From: Burkholderiales bacterium
GTDB taxonomy: Bacteria > Pseudomonadota > Gammaproteobacteria > Burkholderiales > Sulfuriferulaceae
Direction of reading: 5' to 3'
Assembly (NCBI GenBank): GCA_035713285.1
Contig: DASSZW010000109.1
Span: 1-58,433, forward strand
Length of the DNA stretch: 58,433 nt
Shown: positions 54,237-58,433 of the stretch, piece after piece
Layout: the number at the start of each line of letters is the position of its first letter
Numbering within the stretch: the stretch's first letter is position 1
Notes under the pieces: model-generated
What the model was told of the DNA's origin: nothing
Databases searched by the model: none
What the model saw: the letters and a program-made list of their open reading frames with translations, nothing else
Translations under genes and position numbers: made by a program

Positions 54237-54695
54237 TTAGCCAATAATGAATAATGGTTCGCCGTATTCGACCGGCTGGCCGTTTTCGACCATGATGGCT
54301 TTGATCACGCCCGCATGATCGGATTCGATTTCGTTAAGCAGTTTCATCGCTTCGATAATGCACAAAGTATCGCCGACGGAAACGCTCTGCCCCAATTCGA
54401 CAAACGATTTCGCTCCCGGGCTGGCGGCACGGTAGAAAGTGCCGACCATAGGAGATTTGACGACATGGCCTTCAATGGCAGGTTCTGCACCGGCAATTGC
54501 GGCGGCGGCTGAAGCCGGCGCGGCGCTGGGCGCTGCTGCGGGCATAGGCATGGCGCCCATATAGAAAGGATGCTGGGCGGGCGGAGGCGTCGCCCGGGCA
54601 ATTCGGACTTTTTCTTCTCCTTCCGTAATTTCGAGTTCGGCAATGCCGGATTCTTCGACGAGATCGATGAGTTTTTTAAGTTTTCTCAGGTCCAT
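54237..54695 (-). CDS. accB: Acetyl-CoA carboxylase, biotin carboxyl carrier protein
   Basis: [20 protein letters not shown] and EAMKL biotinylation site. Confidence 0.97.
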   Translation of the reverse strand: MDLRKLKKLIDLVEESGIAELEITEGEEKVRIARATPPPAQHPFYMGAMPMPAAAPSAAPASAAAAIAGAEPAIEGHVVKSPMVGTFYRAASPGAKSFVELGQSVSVGDTLCIIEAMKLLNEIESDHAGVIKAIMVENGQPVEYGEPLFIIG

Positions 54696-54700
54696 GATAT

Positions 54701-55174
54701 TCAAGCCTTGTGAGGATATTGGGTAAGCACGTATTCGAGTGCGAGTTCGTAGCCCTGAGCACCTAAACCGCTGATTACGCCTACTGCCAGGTCGCTGAAA
54801 TGCGAATGATGGCGAAAGGTTTCGCGTGCGTGGACATTGGACAAATGAATTTCAATAAAAGGAATCGCAACCGCTGCCAGCGCGTCGCGTATCGCGATGC
54901 TGGTATGGGTAAAAGCGGCCGGATTGATCAATATAAAATCGACTTTCTGATACGCTGCATGAATCTGCTCGATCATGGCGGATTCGCTGTTGGTCTGGAA
55001 ATCGCTCAGGATCGTATTGGCGGCTCGAGCGCGCACTTGCAGCCGGATATTGATATCGGCCAGCGTATTGTTGCCGTAATGCGCCGGTTCGCGCACCCCT
55101 AGCATATTCAGATTGGGGCCATGCAGAACGAGCACATGCAAAGGTGGCGTAGAATCGATTGCTGGAGAATTCAT
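54701..55174 (-). CDS. aroQ: Type II 3-dehydroquinate dehydratase
   Basis: [24 protein letters not shown] and EIHLSN. Confidence 0.97.
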   Translation of the reverse strand: MNSPAIDSTPPLHVLVLHGPNLNMLGVREPAHYGNNTLADINIRLQVRARAANTILSDFQTNSESAMIEQIHAAYQKVDFILINPAAFTHTSIAIRDALAAVAIPFIEIHLSNVHARETFRHHSHFSDLAVGVISGLGAQGYELALEYVLTQYPHKA

Positions 55175-55250
55175 AGGCGCAAGTTTGCCGAAATTAGACG
55201 GTAATGTCCAGACGTTTAGCGAAAATGACTGATATTGGACTGATATTGCC

Positions 55251-55778
55251 TTAACGTTTCTGTAATAAAGGAGTAAGCAGATGGCTTAATTCGCGTTCGG
55301 TCATTTCGCCGGCTCCGGCTGCGACCACACGACCTTGCTGATCGATAACGACCGTATACGGCAGCCCGCCCGAATAATTGCCGCTGGCGCGAGCCAGCGA
55401 AACCCCTTCCAGATCGCTGACCAGAACCGGATAATTGAAACCGGCTTTATTTGCATATGCTTGCACCGCCGGTTTGTCGTCGATGGCTATGCCGACGAAT
55501 TGCAGGCCTTCCGCGCCATACTTCCGTTGCAAGCGAATAAAGCCCGGGATTTCGCGTTGGCAGGGAGGACACCAGCTGGCCCAGAAGTTGACCACCAGAA
55601 GTTTGCCTCGCCATTGCCGCATGGGCTGGCGCACGCCCGCCAGATCGGGAAGCTGCGCATTGAAGATCGCGTCCGAAGTAAGTTCGACGGGACGCGGTGC
55701 GCGATAAAACTGATAGCCGGAATAAGCTATGACCAAGGCAAGGGTAACGATGATCAGCCAGGAAGTTTTATTTGTCAT
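55251..55778 (-). CDS. TlpA-family thiol:disulfide oxidoreductase
   Basis: N-terminal anchor, [12 protein letters not shown] and GLPYT. Confidence 0.92.
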   Translation of the reverse strand: MTNKTSWLIIVTLALVIAYSGYQFYRAPRPVELTSDAIFNAQLPDLAGVRQPMRQWRGKLLVVNFWASWCPPCQREIPGFIRLQRKYGAEGLQFVGIAIDDKPAVQAYANKAGFNYPVLVSDLEGVSLARASGNYSGGLPYTVVIDQQGRVVAAGAGEMTERELSHLLTPLLQKR

Positions 55779-57958
55779 TGAGCAGAGTATTTATTCAGGG
55801 TTTGAGAAAATTCGGCCGGGGTTTGATAGCCGATGACGTGTTCCGGAATTTCTTTGCCGTGCGCGTTGAAAAAAATCAGGGCGGGCGGTCCGAAGACCCC
55901 GAACCGCTTGCGTAATGCGTCATCGTTTGGCGTGTTGGCGGTAATGTCCGCCTGCAGCAGCGTCATCTTTGCCAGCCGCTGGCGTATGACGGGATCGTCA
56001 AAGGTATCGCGAGCCATTTCTTTGCACGAAGTGCACCAGTCGGCGTAAAAATCCAGCATCACTGGTTTGCCGTCCGAATGCGCGAGCGCGGAATCGAGCT
56101 CGGCCAGGTTGCGGACGGGTTGAAATTCGAGCGCCGTTTGAGCGGTTTCAGGCGCTGCGGCGGTATGAAAAATTGCTAACGGCTGCAAAATGTCGCGTCC
56201 CCCGGCCATCATGCCGGTAAATATTCCAGCTCCTGCCAGCAACAGCAGGACGGCAAAACCTTTCCATAACCGCCGCAAGCCGGAAGCGTTTTGCGGCAGG
56301 GCGTCGAGCGCATGCCAATATACTGCGGACAGGACCAGCAATGCCGCCCACAGCAACATTTGCAGCCATACCGCAATCAATGGCGTAATCAGCCAGATAG
56401 CCACGCCTAGCATCAACACCCCGAAAAAGTTCTTGATCGCGTTCATCCAGGAGCCGGCCCGCGGCAGCAAAGCTCCGGCCGACAAACCTACCAGCAGCAA
56501 AGGCATGCCCATTCCGATCGCCAGCGAAAATAAAGCCCAGCCGCCTAACAGCGTATTGCCGCTTTTGGCAATATAAGCCAGCGCTGCCGCCAGCGGCGGC
56601 GCAACGCACGGGCCGACGATAAGCGCCGATAACGCACCCATGACGAACACCCCGGCGAAATTGCCGCCTTTGACCCGATTGCTGGCATCGGAAAATTTGC
56701 TTTGTATGAAACTCGGCAATTGCAATTCAAACAAACCGAACATCGACAGCGCCAAGGCCACAAACAAAGCGGCGCCGATCGATAGGGCAACCGGGTTTTG
56801 CAGGGTATTGGAAATCAGTGTGCCCGATAAAGCCGCGACCACGCCGACGAGCGCATAGGTAATCGCCATGCCGAGAACATAGGCCAGCGCCAGAAGAAAG
56901 CTGGAAAGACGCGTAACGTGGCGCTGACCGGCGATAATGCCGGATAGAATGGGTATCATCGGGAATACGCAAGGCGTCAGCGCAAGCAATACCCCGGCGC
57001 CGAAAAACGTAGCGATGACTATCCAGAAATTACCGCCATGCAAGACCCGTTCGATATTGCTGAGGCTGGCATCCTGAGAATTTGCAGGGGCTGCAGCGAC
57101 ATCGGAGTGCGGTGCGGCGGCATTCGCGCCGTTTCCCGGCGCAAGCACCTGCGTTTGAGGGGGATAACAGATGCCTAATTCGCTGCAGCCTTGATAACCC
57201 GCGCTTATTTGCACTTTTTCGCCTGCGGTTAGCGGACGGGAAAGCACCATGTTTACGGCAAAGTCATGATGATAGACTTTCATTTGCCCGAAATTCGGGT
57301 CGGATTTTATTTCGGGGGTGGGCAGCACAAGTGTTTTTATGCGTACTCCGGCCGGCTGTTTGACGGCAAAATGCAGTTTGTCCTGATACAGGTAATAGCG
57401 CGGCGCTACCGTAAATCGGGCTTGCAGGGTATCCGGCTTGACCGCGACGAGCTGAACGCGAAATGCCTGGTCGGGAGACAGGAACGACGGAGGATGCGGC
57501 AAATGCCGGTTCTGCGCGGGCGTTATGGACTGGGTAACGGCTGGGGGATTAGCCGGCGCAGTAAAACGCGCCTCATTCGTTATCGGCGTATAGCAGATGC
57601 CCGCTTCCGCGCAGCCCTGGGCGACGCTTTGCAAGCGAAAAGCCATAGCAGCGGTGAGATGATACGGTATAAGGATTGCGACGCTGCGATGATAGATCTC
57701 CATGGTGCCGAAATTCGGATCCTGTTTGGTTTCGCCTGCAGGAAAGACCGGCGTTCCGAGCGTTGCGCCTTCTGCGCTGAATTTGAATTTATTACGATAT
57801 AAATAATAACCGGGGGCGATATCATAGTCTATTTCTATCCGGTTGTCGGCTATCAGATGCGCTGAAAATTTGAAGGCTTGCTCGGGTTCGAGGAAATTCG
57901 CAGCGTAAGCGGTACCGGCTTGGCTCAAAAAAAACATAACAAAAAATAAAACACGCAT
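55775..57958 (-). CDS. dsbD: Protein-disulfide reductase DsbD with two N-terminal Ig-like domains
   Basis: Two FL...QAF...YYLY...QGC...GICY.P units, TM region with TPCVFPM and GPCVAPP, and C-terminal DFYADWCTSC. Confidence 0.95.
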   Translation of the reverse strand: MRVLFFVMFFLSQAGTAYAANFLEPEQAFKFSAHLIADNRIEIDYDIAPGYYLYRNKFKFSAEGATLGTPVFPAGETKQDPNFGTMEIYHRSVAILIPYHLTAAMAFRLQSVAQGCAEAGICYTPITNEARFTAPANPPAVTQSITPAQNRHLPHPPSFLSPDQAFRVQLVAVKPDTLQARFTVAPRYYLYQDKLHFAVKQPAGVRIKTLVLPTPEIKSDPNFGQMKVYHHDFAVNMVLSRPLTAGEKVQISAGYQGCSELGICYPPQTQVLAPGNGANAAAPHSDVAAAPANSQDASLSNIERVLHGGNFWIVIATFFGAGVLLALTPCVFPMIPILSGIIAGQRHVTRLSSFLLALAYVLGMAITYALVGVVAALSGTLISNTLQNPVALSIGAALFVALALSMFGLFELQLPSFIQSKFSDASNRVKGGNFAGVFVMGALSALIVGPCVAPPLAAALAYIAKSGNTLLGGWALFSLAIGMGMPLLLVGLSAGALLPRAGSWMNAIKNFFGVLMLGVAIWLITPLIAVWLQMLLWAALLVLSAVYWHALDALPQNASGLRRLWKGFAVLLLLAGAGIFTGMMAGGRDILQPLAIFHTAAAPETAQTALEFQPVRNLAELDSALAHSDGKPVMLDFYADWCTSCKEMARDTFDDPVIRQRLAKMTLLQADITANTPNDDALRKRFGVFGPPALIFFNAHGKEIPEHVIGYQTPAEFSQTLNKYSAQ

Positions 57959-58092
57959 GGGTAGTCTCCAGAAGCTTGTAGTTATATATTACACACCCAT
58001 ATACAATTAATTATATTGGACGATGTTCGGTGAGTGTCCGACTGGCAAGCCGCTAAAAGGTTCGCTCTCGTTCGGACACGCCAGGGGGGAAA

Positions 58093-58433
58093 ATGCGGTT
58101 ATTAACAGTCCTGATTATAGTATTAAGTTTCCCTGCGCTGGAAATTTATACGCTGCTCGTCGCATATCGCTTCATCGGATGGTGGGTAATCGTTCTGCTC
58201 GCGCTGTCGGCGCTGGCCGGCATGAGCTTGATCGCAGAAGAGCGGGTTGCGTTTTTTGCGCGCATGGTCGTGAACCTGCAAAAAGGCGGATCGCCGCTCC
58301 GCGCCTTGTTGCAAAGCGGTCGGACCATGGTTGCCGGCGCTTTGCTGATTTTCCCCGGACTGCTCAGCGATGTGCTGGCATTATTGATTTTACTGTTTCC
58401 GCTGCGCTGGTTCGGGCGCGCCCCCAAATCCGC
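58093..58433 (+). CDS. fxsA: FxsA-family membrane protein (runs off the window end)
   Basis: Read by hand: MRLLTVLIIVLSFPALEIYTLL...AGALLIFPGLLSDVLALL, with the P..E and AG.LL..PG..SD motifs; GGGGGA RBS; no stop within the window. Confidence 0.85.
   Translation, partial: MRLLTVLIIVLSFPALEIYTLLVAYRFIGWWVIVLLALSALAGMSLIAEERVAFFARMVVNLQKGGSPLRALLQSGRTMVAGALLIFPGLLSDVLALLILLFPLRWFGRAPKS

Noticed and set aside
57959-58092. Imperfect inverted repeats between dsbD and fxsA (for example GTGTCCGA/TCGGACAC) as an sRNA or riboswitch
   Set aside because: Short stems and no recognisable family features; consistent with divergent promoter DNA.
58146-58427. 93-aa minus-strand ORF in the track
   Set aside because: Antisense to the plus-strand fxsA frame, which the track missed because it has no stop in the window.

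Overview
A chromosomal segment that spans the replication origin of a bacterium. Gene content and order (dnaA-dnaN-gyrB with no recF, argS-SPOR-dsbA, dsbD-tlpA-aroQ-accBC-prmA) suggest a betaproteobacterium, plausibly a sulfur-oxidising Nitrosomonadales relative of Sulfuriferula or Thiobacillus; this taxonomy is inference. The right half (29.6-58.4 kb) is core housekeeping: gyrB, dnaN, oriC, dnaA, rpmH-rnpA-yidD-yidC-mnmE, mnmG-rsmG-parAB with two parS sites, the atpIBEFHAGDC operon, the acc/aroQ/dsbD cluster and a partial fxsA. The left half mixes core genes (priA, argS, dsbA, mpl, nrtR-nadA-lnt) with accessory material. The best candidate for an undescribed system lies between priA and argS (4.3-7.2 kb): a CS2-hydrolase-type beta-carbonic-anhydrase-fold enzyme with a near-consensus sigma-54 promoter and two IHF consensus sites, next to a GAFTGA enhancer-binding protein with a Cys-rich MetOD1/V4R-like sensor, followed by a Zn-ribbon protein with a His/Cys tail. 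This looks like a CS2/COS-sensing and degrading module. Other notable items: a Panacea antitoxin plus a putative toxin directly downstream of gyrB, a decayed LysR-GST-PNPOx trio, an HDOD-kinase/c-di-GMP two-component pair, two GT4 glycosyltransferases with PHO-like boxes, the end of an IS1202/ISNCY-type element, and a perfect 36-bp tandem duplication in the atp promoter region. All family assignments come from motif recognition; no searches were run.
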